Positions 25,481 through 37,784 of a DNA stretch of 64,000 nucleotides are shown piece by piece. Both the position numbers and the translations under genes were made by a program. Where the stretch lies: contig JAAOMT010000193.1 in NCBI GenBank assembly GCA_016748015.1, forward strand, positions 186,001-250,000. The letters are read 5' to 3'. The notes below the pieces were generated by a model, which saw only the letters and a list, made by a program, of their open reading frames with translations, had not been told where the DNA came from and did not search any database. The DNA comes from Geosiphon pyriformis uo1. Lineage: Eukaryota; Fungi; Glomeromycota. Numbering within the stretch: the first letter of the stretch is position 1; each line of letters begins with the position of its first letter.

Positions 25481-27312
25481 ATATAATTCAACAGAGAATC
25501 AATACCAATAGCAACTATCCGAAACAGTAACAGAATCTGAAAAAACAGGAACAAACTACTTGGGATTTGCAAAATCTTTATTCCAACATTATTACACCTA
25601 TTTCTGATTAACAAATAGTAATTGGCCAACAGAATCAGCTTTCAATTATTACATTAACAAAAAAATTACATACTACTTGAAAGATTAAGGAGATCCAAAA
25701 TCTGCTTTCAACAATTTTTTTAGTAAACTATTTCAAAGCACTACTCTTTCACAAAACTATTTATTTACATCCCTAATTACAGAAATAAACAAGAAAATTA
25801 AGAAATATACCAAGCAAAAATTTTCTATTACTTTTGCTGACAAAGAAAAAGAAAAATTACAAACACCAGCAGAAACTCCAAAGCAAATCCAACTACCTAC
25901 TTGAAAGAAACAAAGATTTGATTTATTTGTTAATCTATTATATCACCACATATCCAGAAGCATTATCAATATAATAGGTGTGTCTACAGCAAATACAACA
26001 ATACTATTGAACAAAATTCTGTTTCAAAGTAAACAGAAGAAAACAGAGTTATTAAGAACATATGGTGATTATTTTGAAGGATTTAAATTGTGATCTCCAA
26101 TGCCATCAAAAATTTGATTACTGCCACCACCACCAGATTTCAAAGCTACTAGTTTTTGAGAATTAACTAACTCCAAAAAAGAAAATAGCAATCAGGAAAA
26201 TAATACTAAAAACCCAATCTTAGAAAACCCAAAAATCCATAACCCAAGTGTTTTAACTCCACAAAATCAGAATAATTTGAACTTCAATGTTATTAATCTG
26301 CAAAACTTATCCCCAGCAATCATGATTAATTCACTACTAATTGCCACACCACTACTACAATCTTAGCAACAATCACTTCAACAGCCATCCCAATAACTGC
26401 TAATTGTATCAATGGCCTATATACCAATTGTCAAACTAGAAAAATTCACTGGCAAAGAAAATAATGCACAAGTTTGGCTCAATAACATAGTCAAAGCAAT
26501 AACTACCAACAACTGGAACAATGCTAAAGCAATGCAAACTATTCTGTACTTTCTACAAAACACCACTAATTCTTGGTACCAAAATTTTGTAAACAAATTC
26601 CAAGATTTCAATACGTTCAAAGTTGCATTTCTGCAATATTTTAGTGATCATAACAGTATTATCTGCTTAGCAACTAATTTCACTACTATTAAGCAAGGAG
26701 ACACTAAAACAGTCACAACTTACTTGAGATGCTTTTACTGAAATCTGCATCAAATTTAGGCCATCAACACAAACTACTTTACAGTAGCTCAGATTTTAAA
26801 TCAGTTTATTTGCAGATTGTACAGCAGCCTATTACAATATATATGTTCACTATGTCTAGCTACTCTTTAAGACATTATTAACTATGCTAAAGATTTAAAA
26901 TTAGCTAAATTAGAAACCAATTAAACCCAAGCCATTATTCTAGTAATAAACAAATCATCTGATTTGAATTCAAAATTGAAACAATTAACAGAATTCATTA
27001 ATCAGAAATTAAAAGAATACTTAACTAATAATCAAACTATTTATCAATCTTCACAACAATGCAATAATTAAGGGAATGCAAATTATTCTCAACATCAGTC
27101 ACATCCATTATTATCTACCAATCTACAATGGCAAACTAAAATATGGAATTGCTACTATTGTGGTAAACAAAAACACTTACAAATTGACTGTTACAACCAC
27201 TTAAATGACCAATAATTGGAAAATCAATATCAAAATCCTGATCACCAGTTTCAAACTCCAAAATATTAACCAAATCCAGAACCATATTAACCAAATTACT
27301 TACCAATAATAC

Positions 27313-28260
27313 TGTTACCAGAGGTTTTTGGTTTCTTTTTTTGAATGTTGTTAATGTTAATTTGCTGTGAATTTACGTTCTCAGGAAGTAGTTGGACCTC
27401 CAATAACTGAATTTATCTTTAAATTATCTTTTATAATTTGAACCGCTGGGCTTATAAGTGGAATAGCCAATTTTTTGCCAGTTACTTTATGTAGTTATCT
27501 TATAGTAAACGTCAATTCTTTTTCAGGAATTGCTCATCTGGAAGCTCACTAAAAATGTATAGTTACTTTGCTATAAAAGTCAACTCTTCTACAGAAATTT
27601 CATCTGTAGACTACTCAAATGATTATGATAAGAAAAGAAAGAAAAATAAAAGAAATGTAAAAAAATAGAATTGTGTTAAGGAAAACATTTTTTATTTAGG
27701 CCTGAAGTCACTAACAAATTACTGAAATTGGTAGTTTGTATTGAGGAAATTTCAAGTGCAATAGTTAAAGAATTTGGTTTTCGAATATTTAATTTTTATT
27801 TGAATGTATAAAAGATAATTTGTTCTAATTAAAATATCTAAAGTAAGATACAATAGTAAAATATTATGAGAAGATCTATTTTTTTGAAGAGAGAAGCTCT
27901 TTTTTTATACAACTTGTTGTAGTACTAGTCTTTGAACTTGCACTTTTCTCTTTGCTATAATTTGGGTGAACTAAAAATACATTTTGGTGAACTACAAATT
28001 ATTTTACTAAATTATTAATTATTTCGGCCAATTTTCATTAATTTCGGTGAATTTTGATTATATTAAATGGTTCAAAGTATTGTGTAATTTGATCATCTTA
28101 ATTTCTATGATACAAATCAAATTATTAATTGAGTAATAATATTTGATAATTTGATTAAATAATAAGTAATATTCGAAATAATAATAATATATGCTAATTA
28201 ATAATAGAAATTATGAGAATAATTTCATGCTAATTAATAGCTAAAATTTTACTAGTAACA
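27313..28260. mobile_element. Solo LTR (family E, unrelated interior) inserted in A3
   Basis: TGTTACCAG...CTAGTAACA ends. TSD atac/atgc. Removing it restores colinearity with the post-gag region of A1 (LPTNNTAANL). No coding content seen. Confidence 0.82.
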
Positions 28261-30249
28261 ATGCAACAGCCAATTTATCAACCACCCATTTATTAAACCC
28301 CAACACCAGTTGTTTATTACTCACAGCCACAAATAATTTATAAATATTAACAAATCTAAATACTGTCACAAATGACAGTATCCACTGGAAATCAAAGACC
28401 AATAACTATTCAGCAAAACTGGAGATTGGTGATAATGGTTTATCAACCAATTTTCAGTTCATTAACTTCACAATTAGGACTATGTCAGCAGAATTCAAAA
28501 ATGGAGTATACCCAAAACCTGAATTCTTAAAACTATTTAAGTCTTCTTGTAATCTCAGAAAATATCCAAACCAATAATTAGAAAACTAACCAAACAACAC
28601 ATACCAGTAACATCCCACCAGCAACTATTATCAATGATGAATTTTTAGCAGCAATTTTTCTCTTTAAAATCGAGAAACCAACTGAAGTACTTTTTTTTAG
28701 TGAAGTTGCTCTTGATATAAAACCTATTACTGTGATGTACACTGATACCAAAGTTAATAGTCAGTTTATTAAACTGATTCTTAATAGTAGATCAGCAGGC
28801 AGTATCATTATATAACAACTTATAGACCAACTAGGTCACCAAGTTAATTGTACTGCCAGCACCAGAATTATTACAGCTGATGGAGCAACCAAAACTCCTA
28901 TTGGCAAATTGATAACTTCTTTTTTGAAGTCAACAGCATCATAGCTCCTATCAAAGTCTTGGTAATGGAAGCAACCCAATATTAAGCACTAGTTGGCAAT
29001 AATTGGTTGTTTAAAACCAACACAGTATTTGATTAAACCATACAGAAGCTTCAACTCAGTCAAAATGGTTAGCACACATGTGTATCAGCCACATGTAGTC
29101 ATTTTCAAACAAACACTACACTAACACTACTTATAAAATTGGAAGAAGAAGAAAACAAACCTACCTGAAAAGCCTATTAAGTCTTGTGGACTGACACTAA
29201 TTACAACAAACTGCCACCAGTACTCTCTTGGAATGACAAAAAAAAAGGAAAAAAAAAAGATAAACCTGAAAAAACCACAGTCATAAAAGAAATAACCAGT
29301 GGCTGAGAACAATTATACTCACACAAACTATTGGAACAGCCATCATACATTCCTCTTAAATGTCAAAATTATAGCAAGAAACTATTCTCTATAAAAGCAT
29401 AGATAACACCTAATAAAAACTACTAGACCAGAACACATTATTATTGTAAGCCATATCATAGAAAATACTATGGCTATCCAAAAAGACAAAACAAGTGAGA
29501 CAACAAACCATGTCTTGCTTGTGGCAAACAATTACTCAATGAGAGAATATGGAACAACATTTCTGGTCAAGGAGAAACATGTGACAGTTCATATTAGTAC
29601 ATAATTCTCATAAGTAACTGAGTCAGTTATGGCACACCTATTACTGCCACATGGCACTGAGTGATCTCTCACTTGGATGGCTATCCACATAATGAAGATA
29701 AAATTTGGCAAATAGCCAATGCTAAAGTAGAAAATGTTTTGCCCAGTAAGATCCTAAAGATAAAGAACAATTCTTCAAAACCAGTTGATATCATTTTCAT
29801 CTCCAATTTAGATGCATTTTTAGATATGAAGACAGATTTAAAGAAATTCCATAAGCATTACCAGAATTTGGCACCAACAAAAGAAGAGCAGAAACAGCAC
29901 TTGGGAGAAATAAACACCCAATTATGTGACTATTGTTTGATTCCATGTGACTTTTAATATTATAATGAGTGTGACTTTATTTACAATCCATCACCATGCA
30001 TAATTTTCACGATTTTTAAAAATAAAAAACCAATCAGCAGCTGTGCATTGAAATCAGAATCAACATTCAATTTTAATTCAAACTCCAACAATAATGATAA
30101 TGAAAACAATGATTCCAGTTTTGTTTAAAATAACAATAAAAATAACGACAATTTGAACTCTGATTTAAACACAGAACAATATATTGTGCTTTCTGATCTC
30201 ACCAAGAAACAGGAACTTAAATGGTTCAACAATAATTATGAAGGTATTA

Positions 30250-30640
30250 TGTCAAAATGTACACACAATACTGATACAGAGTTTGATCTGAAATATTCCA
30301 GAAAAGATGCTATTAAATTGGAATTACATGTACACATCTGCATTAATCTCAAAGTAATATTAAAAATTCTAGCAACAATAATGGTTCAACTAGTATCCAA
30401 GAGTAGTTTAGCAAAAAGAAAAATCAATATCAAAAGAGGAATAATTGATATGGAAAATATAGAAAATATTATTACAATGCTATAAAATAACTCAGAAAAG
30501 ACATATATTATAAAACCAAACAAAAAGATAGCACAAACAATATTTTTGCCTCTGGCTAAAATAGCTTAATTAGTATTAATAAAAAACAAGAAAAAAATAG
30601 AAATTACAGTTAGAGAGATTAGTAGATTTGGATCCACAGA
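30250..30640 (+). pseudogene. dUTPase domain of A3
   Basis: HNTDTEFDL, SKSSLA, RGIIDM, IAQTIF, RFGSTD. Confidence 0.85.
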
Positions 30641-32490
30641 TAGAGTAAATATACTAGTTAATATGGCAAAAGAAAAGATTGTTAACAAGGGAGAAATTAT
30701 CTTTATTCATCAAATAATTTCTATTCTGTCATATAACCAGTATATATTAGCCATAAAAAGGAGAGTAAAAGACCAAGCCCAAATTTTTGAAGTGAAAACT
30801 AACAATTGTCAATCAGAAAAAATTAGACTTACTAATTTTTACATACTAGCCAAAAGCCCAAAACATATCAAAATTCCTATCTACAACATAATAGAAGATG
30901 TCATTGAGATACCAAAAGGCACTACTATCGGATATTTAAGCACTGAAGTTGAAGAACAACCACCAAACCCCATTCCAGATTTTTCACAACTGTGTGGATA
31001 TGTGAATATTATATCACAAACAATATACAGATAAGAAGAATGTTATTTGCTTCAACCAAAACAATTGGAACAGATAAATTTGGAAAATCTAGACCCATTA
31101 CAGCATATGCAGCTTAAGATATTACTCAGCAACTTCAACAATATCTTTGCCAGTGAAAATAAATTTGGCAAAACTGACATAATACAACATTAGATCAAGA
31201 CTGAAAATATAATGTTAATCAAACAAAGAGCATACCAAATACCACCAGCAAGTTATGAAATCATCTAATAAGAGATTAATTAGATGTTAGACAATGGGTT
31301 AATTTAACTGTCAATAAGTTCATGGTTATTACCAGTAGTACTAGTTCATAAGAAAAATGGGAAAATCACTTTTGTGTGGATTACTAGAAACTTAATGGAG
31401 TAATAAAAGAAAACAGCTATTCAACTCCAAAGATTCAAGAACTTTTCAATACTTTTGGAGGAAAAAAATAGTTTTCAACTTTGGACTTAAACAGTGGTTA
31501 CTGACAAGTAGTCATAAATCCAGCTGATAAAAAAAAACTGCATTCACAACTAGAGAAAAAAATTTCAAATTTGAAGTAATGCTATTTGGCTTAATAAATA
31601 TTTCAGCAACATTCCAATGGCTTATAGAAATTGTTTATACTGAACTGTTATAAAAATCAATAATCATATATTTGGATGATATCAATGTGTTTTCAAAAAC
31701 ATTTGATGATTATCTTTATTATCTACAGCAAGTATTTGAAAGATTAAAAAGAGCAGAACTAAAGTTAAATGCTAATAAATGTTTCTTTGGAAAAACAGAG
31801 TTGAAGTTTTTGGGATAGATTGTGAACAAAGATGGCATTAAAACAGATTCAGACAAAATTGAGATAGTTAAGAACTTTCTAGTATCTACCAACTTAACTA
31901 AACTACAAGCATTTTTGGAATTTATGGGTTATTACTACTACTTCATCAAAGACTTTTCCAAACTGGCTTAGCCATTATACCAGCTCTAAACAAAAAACAC
32001 CAAATATGAATAAACAGAAAATCAGCAAGAAACTTTTAATACATTAAGAAAAAAGCTTATTTAAGCTTTAGTACTAATCTATCCAGATCATAGCAAGCTA
32101 TTTATAATTACAACCAATGTATTGGGTCAAGCATTAAAAGCTGAAAGAACTAAATGAAAGAAAACATCCAGTAGCATATGCTAATTACAGCTTAAATTCA
32201 GCTGAAAAGAACTATAAAACACTAGCATTGGAACACTTAGCTATCTATTGGGCAGTCATAAAATGGAAAAAATACTTAAGTCAGAAATTTGACATATACA
32301 CTGACCATAAAGAATTGATTTCAATTCAGAAACAAAAATTCAGAGATGATCACCATACTAGATAAAAAATAGTGCTTTTATTATTTAATTATACAGTATA
32401 TTACAAAAAGAGAAAAAAAATGGAAATACTGATAATTTGTTACAGATAAGACAAATCTAAAACCAGTTCAATCCAAAAATATAACAAAAG

Positions 32491-34569
32491 ATGAATACAC
32501 AAAAATATTAACAACTCTAACACTATATTAATACTCAGTAGTTCAAGAAGAAATTATCTCCAAAAGAATGAAGCCATATCAAACAAAAATTCAAATATTT
32601 TATTACTCACCAAAATATACTTTATCGGAAAAACAGAAAGAATTCAAATCAACCATTCAGAGTAATTATAAAACCAGAAAAAGAAACAATACTATTTAAT
32701 ATACACTCAGATCCAATAGCAGAACATTTTTATAAAGAAGCAATAATAAAAAGAACCAAAAAAAAATACTATTGGCCATCTATGTATTCAGATATCATCT
32801 AATATGTTTAAAATTGTGATGCTTGTCAAAGAAAAGAAGGAACAAGATCCAGTAAACCATTAAGACCAATTAAAGTAAAACAATTATTCAATTGCATTGG
32901 GATTGACTTAGTTAGATTATTAACAATAACCAGTAGAAGAAACAAATATATTGCAGTCATAGATTATCTTACTAAGTGGTCAGAAGCAAAAATTATTCAA
33001 AGAACAAATGCAAAATTCATTGCTAAATTTGTTCATTAAGATTTAATTTGCCAACATAGATGTCCAAAAGAATTGCTATCAGATCAAGGAACTCATTTTA
33101 TAAACAGAACATTAGCAGAATTAAGTCAAAGATTTGGAATCAAAAGAATATTATTGTCATCATACTATTCATAAACAAATGATTTGGTTAAATGGTTTAA
33201 TAGAATACTGTATAAAACAATTGCCAAAATCAGCCAAGAAAATCAAGATGAATAAGACTTGTTTATACCATCAGTATTATTTGCTTATCGGACAATAAAA
33301 CAAGACATTACACAAGCAACACCATTTAAATTAGTATACAGTAGAATAGCAACATTACCAGTTGAGATAAAAGTCAACATGTATCTAACTGAACCAATAA
33401 CAGAAAACAATTTTTAAAAAACATTGTTAAAAAAAACATATAACTTAATAGAAACACTAAAAAACAAATGGTGAAGAGCAGCTTATAATATTCAAAAGTC
33501 ACAAAAAAACAAAAAGAAAGACATAATAACTAACTACTAGATAAACCAGTTGAATTCAGATTTGGAAACAAAGTACTTTTACATCATACCAAAGTAAAAA
33601 AACAATGGAATAAAAAATTTGATCCCAAATGAGACAGACCATTTCACATAGAAAAAATTCTAAGAAATAAAGCTTATAAATTAAGATAAGACAACAAAAT
33701 ATTAGCCAAAGCAGCATATGGTGATTGACTGAAACCATATTACTATATAGTATTATTATTCACCAATAATATTCTACAACTAGGAGTACAATGAATACTA
33801 GTCTAACCAGATAAGATTTCACAAGATCTAGAACCAATTATAATCATTAAACCAAACATGTCAATTTAAACAACCAAAAGAGTATATAAAAACATAGTAT
33901 ATATAACAAAAAGATATCAGAAAAATAGAAATTATTGACAAAATATACACACTAACACAACAACTCTTCCAACTGATTCAACAACAAAATATGGAAATTA
34001 CTATTAACCAACAAACCATTCAATACAAAAATACAAAAAAAAAACCTCAATGCAAAAAATAGAGAAAACCAGAAAACACCATTGACAAGATAATAATAAA
34101 AGTAAAAACAGCAATAGAAATATAAACAGAAAATATACTATATCAAGAGGTGATAATAAAAACATGGAATTGATTGATACAAAAATTTCCAAAAAACTTT
34201 TGTTATTTCCACTTGGAACAACATCTGAATATTCAAAACTTATATATGGATAAAACAAAACAATTTTTCGACACAATAATACTATAACAACTTGAGCAAT
34301 TTGTGAGAAAAAACAATCTAACAACATAAGCAAGAGCCATCTATTAATTACAGACTGGATTTCAAGGCTGATCAGAAATACTACTCAACACAGTAATAGA
34401 CACAGTTACTACTAATCAAATAGATAAAATGACCAATGCCTAATTTGAAAAATTACAGACCAAAATAACACAAATAATTTTTGAAAAAAAAGTCCAAGAA
34501 ATAATCAAAGAAGAAGAATTAGAAAGTTCAGGAATCTCAATAGAGCTCAATATTAAAAGGAGAAAATAA
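32491..34569 (+). pseudogene. Separately initiated integrase ORF of A3 with ~230-aa C-terminal extension
   Basis: ATG at 32491 after stops at 32458 and 32482. H-x6-H..CDAC zinc site, IGIDLV, DYLTKW, LLSDQGTHF core and a decayed GPF module. The frame continues into MS..TTKRVY at 33858 and ends at the PPT. Confidence 0.82.
34555..34569 (+). promoter_or_regulatory. Polypurine tract of A3
   Basis: AAAAGGAGAAAATAA immediately before the 3' LTR. Confidence 0.8.
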
Positions 34570-35364
34570 TGTAATTTATAAAAAATAAGAATTATAGTAG
34601 TATATATTAGCCAATTAAAAGTAAACATAGTAAAAAAGAGAATTCCAGGATTCCTCTTAGAGAAATTGCAAGATTCTAGAAATTACAGGATTCTCATATG
34701 AGGAATTGCAGAATTCCAAAATTTCAGAATTCCTGGCAGAAAGAATGAAAAAATTAAGGAATCTCAAATATGTATATATAGTAGTAATATTAGAAGCAAA
34801 AAAGTTAGACCTTTCAGTTTAGATTTTATCTAAGCAATCTTTTAATTCACAAATATTAATAAATAATTATTTTCTATCTCAATCTACTCTTCACTATTAA
34901 CACTTCATGTTAATAGTGGCCAATACTTAACCATACTGGAACAATAGCTCTTGATCATAACTATTGACAGAATACTAACATTTATTGTCTTGGCTTATTT
35001 TTTTTTTATTTTTTTTTGTTATTTCTTGTTGTTGACTAATTGATTAAAAATTAAGTACTGAATTATTGATGTTACAAATAGTTTGGTAAAAAACCTGAAT
35101 AGAAAGATAAAAAGTAAGAATTAGATAGCTTATCAGAAAAACATGATTGCCAGAATAAACTGACCACCAAGCTAAAGAAAAAAATTAGAAAACTTATCAC
35201 AAAAGAATTGTACATCATCTAATCTCTGTCTATTATACAAAAAACTCCAACTTAAAACCTTCAGATTACCAAAATCTTTAAATATTACCAACATCATCAA
35301 ATGAATTAGCACCAAGTTATGGGTTTGTTATTTGATTTAAGACTCCAAATAATCACCTGTAACA
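34570..35364 (+). repeat. 3' LTR of A3
   Basis: Direct repeat of 24630-25462. Confidence 0.93.
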
Positions 35365-36761
35365 GTGCATTTAGATATCCAGTTTTTTGCCAATTTGGTT
35401 TTGAAGAAGGTAGTCTCTGACAAACAATTTTCATATTTGATTTCAGTAGTTCTTCATCTAATTATTGGCTATAAAACTCAATTCAGTTTTATTCTTGTTA
35501 GTTTGTGTAATAAATAGAACACTTTGATTTGCAAGGGTTTGAAATTCAAATCTGGTTTTCTTCTCAATTTTCCTAATGATGCACTCTATTACTTTTCTCT
35601 ATATAGTTTAAAATCTTTTGAACAAATTTAGGCTAAGGGCAAGTTGGCTTCTGTTGTATGCTTTGCTAATTCTATTGGAGTTTTGGGCTATTTGTTTGCT
35701 TATAGATCACATAATCTTTAGGTTCTTAACTGGTTTCTATGTTACCTCTTGCTTTTTCTAGTTTATATGAGTGTTAATCTTTTAAACAATTTTTTAGCTG
35801 GCATAGTTTGCATTTTTCTGGAGTGTGATCTGTCTTTGGATGGTCTTATAACCAATGCTTTTTATTTTTGGAGTAGTATTTCTATGTCTCTTGTTTTTAG
35901 TATGTTAAAATTTTATAAGTGCACTTCTTTGTTATGGCAGTATGAGATAACTTTTGCAGAACAGCTTTGTAACTAGAATGGTATGGTTTTTAATTAAAAA
36001 ACATTCAAATAGTAGAAGAAGTTGGACTCACATGGCTCTGTTTCTGAATAGTTCGATCTCTTTGTTTGTTTTTTCAGTAGTTTGACTTCTTTTTTTGCTG
36101 GTTCTTCTCTTCTTGAAAGCACTAGTTTGTTAAATATTCTTGATTTTAATGAGTTTAAAGTTATTTATAATCATTTGTTAAATGTTGATGCTAGTTCTCT
36201 TTCTGTCTATATGGATGGATTTCTTTGTGGTTTGGAAACTGCTAATATAAGAACTGGTACAACTGCTTTTTTTGAAGATATTGGTTTAGATCTAGGTGTT
36301 AAGATTTCTGGTTTAGTGTTTTCAACTATAACAGAGTAGCAAGTTATTGCACTGGCACTTGAGTATATGCTACTTTCCAGTTTGGTTCATCTCTTCTCAG
36401 ACAATTAGGCTGTTTTGAATGCTTGGAAATCAGAATTAAGTTTGTTGTGTCTGAATTTTTGAAACCAGTGCTAGATTAAACATCATCATATTGTGAATGT
36501 TATTCATGATAGGAATTTAGAAGTCAGCTGACATAAAGTGAAGGAACATTCAAGTATACCAGGCAATAAAGCCACTAATGCATTCATGGAATCAGTTTTC
36601 TTCTTTGGTTGATATCTCTTTTATTGGATTAATAAGCATTTCATTAAGGCTGGTAGTGGTATTGTTTTTGGTAATTCTAAACATTTTGTTTATGACATTT
36701 TTTATTCTATTTATTAAGCATGCTGAAAGATTGGCTCTGGTTTTTGGGTTGTAGTGAATGA
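35365..36761 (+). mobile_element. LINE-b part 2: post-RT region and RNase H
   Basis: Continues the frame ...K|AH(S/L)DI across A3. SVYMDGFL, STITE.QVIALALE and KVKEHSSIPGN are homologous to 15092-15645. Cut by the A5 LTR. Confidence 0.88.
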
Positions 36762-37013
36762 TGTTACAGGTGATTATTTGGGGTCTCAAATCAAATAACA
36801 AATCTGTAACTTGGTGCTAATAACTGATATGATAGTTATGATCTGAAAATTTTGGTTATCTGAAGGCTTTAGTTGGAGTTTTTTGTATAATAGACAGAGG
36901 TTCAAATGTAATTCTCTTTTAGTGATGTTTCAAGTGTCAACCTTCAAATTAAGTTGTTTTGTTTTGTCTATTACTTCCCAGAATCACAATTTTATCAATT
37001 TTTTTCTTAGCAT

Positions 37014-37784
37014 TGTTACTCATAAAAAAAAACAGATATAGAAAATAGTAGACCAATAGGAGAGTAGTAGTTAGCACATAAGCATATTGCTCAGCAATGT
37101 GGAACAATATTAAAAAATTAGAGCACATTGCTCAAGAAATTATAGCATATTGCTTAAAAATATGAGCAATCTCATAGAACATCAATTATGTATATATAGC
37201 AGTAGCATTAGAAGAAAAAAAAACAGACCTCCCAGTTTAGATTTGATTTAAGCAACTTTTCACATTATAAATATCAATAAATAATTATTCATTATCTTAA
37301 TTTACTCTCTACTATCAACAATTCATGTTGATAGTTGCTAATACTTAACCACACTGGAACAATAGCTCTTAATTATGGTTATTAACAGGATACTAACATG
37401 TAAATTGCCTTAGTTTATTTCTTATTTTTTTTTTTGTTTTATTTTCTTTGTTGTTTGTTAACTTAATTAAAAAATTTATATGCAGAGGTATTGACATTAG
37501 AATATAGTACTGGTAAAAGACCCAGGAATAAGAGTAAACACTCAGAATTAAGGATATCTTACCAGGAAAATTACCAGCCATCATGCTGAGAAAAAAATTA
37601 ACAAAACTGTGGTTTTGGGAAACTATGAATAAACTATCAATTAAATCTCTGTTTATTATACAAAAAACTCAATCAAAACCTTCAGAAACCATACCTTCAG
37701 AAATTGCTAACACCAATATATCAATTGAGCACCAAATTATGGGTTTGTTATTTGCCTTGAGACCTCAAATAATTATCTGTAACA
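37014..37784 (+). repeat. 5' LTR of A4
   Basis: TGTTACTCA...TGTAACA; U3 carries GCACATTGCTCA repeats. Confidence 0.93.

Larger units (their letters stand above)
24630..35364 (+). mobile_element. Gypsy family A copy A3, full length with both LTRs, decayed
   Basis: LTRs 24630-25462 and 34570-35364, PBS 25465-25480, PPT 34555-34569. Gag at 26412, PR ~28770, dUTPase ~30250-30640, RT ~31190-31950 (YLDD ~31670), RNase H ~32090-32460, integrase from 32491. TSD gcac/gtgc. Confidence 0.95.
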
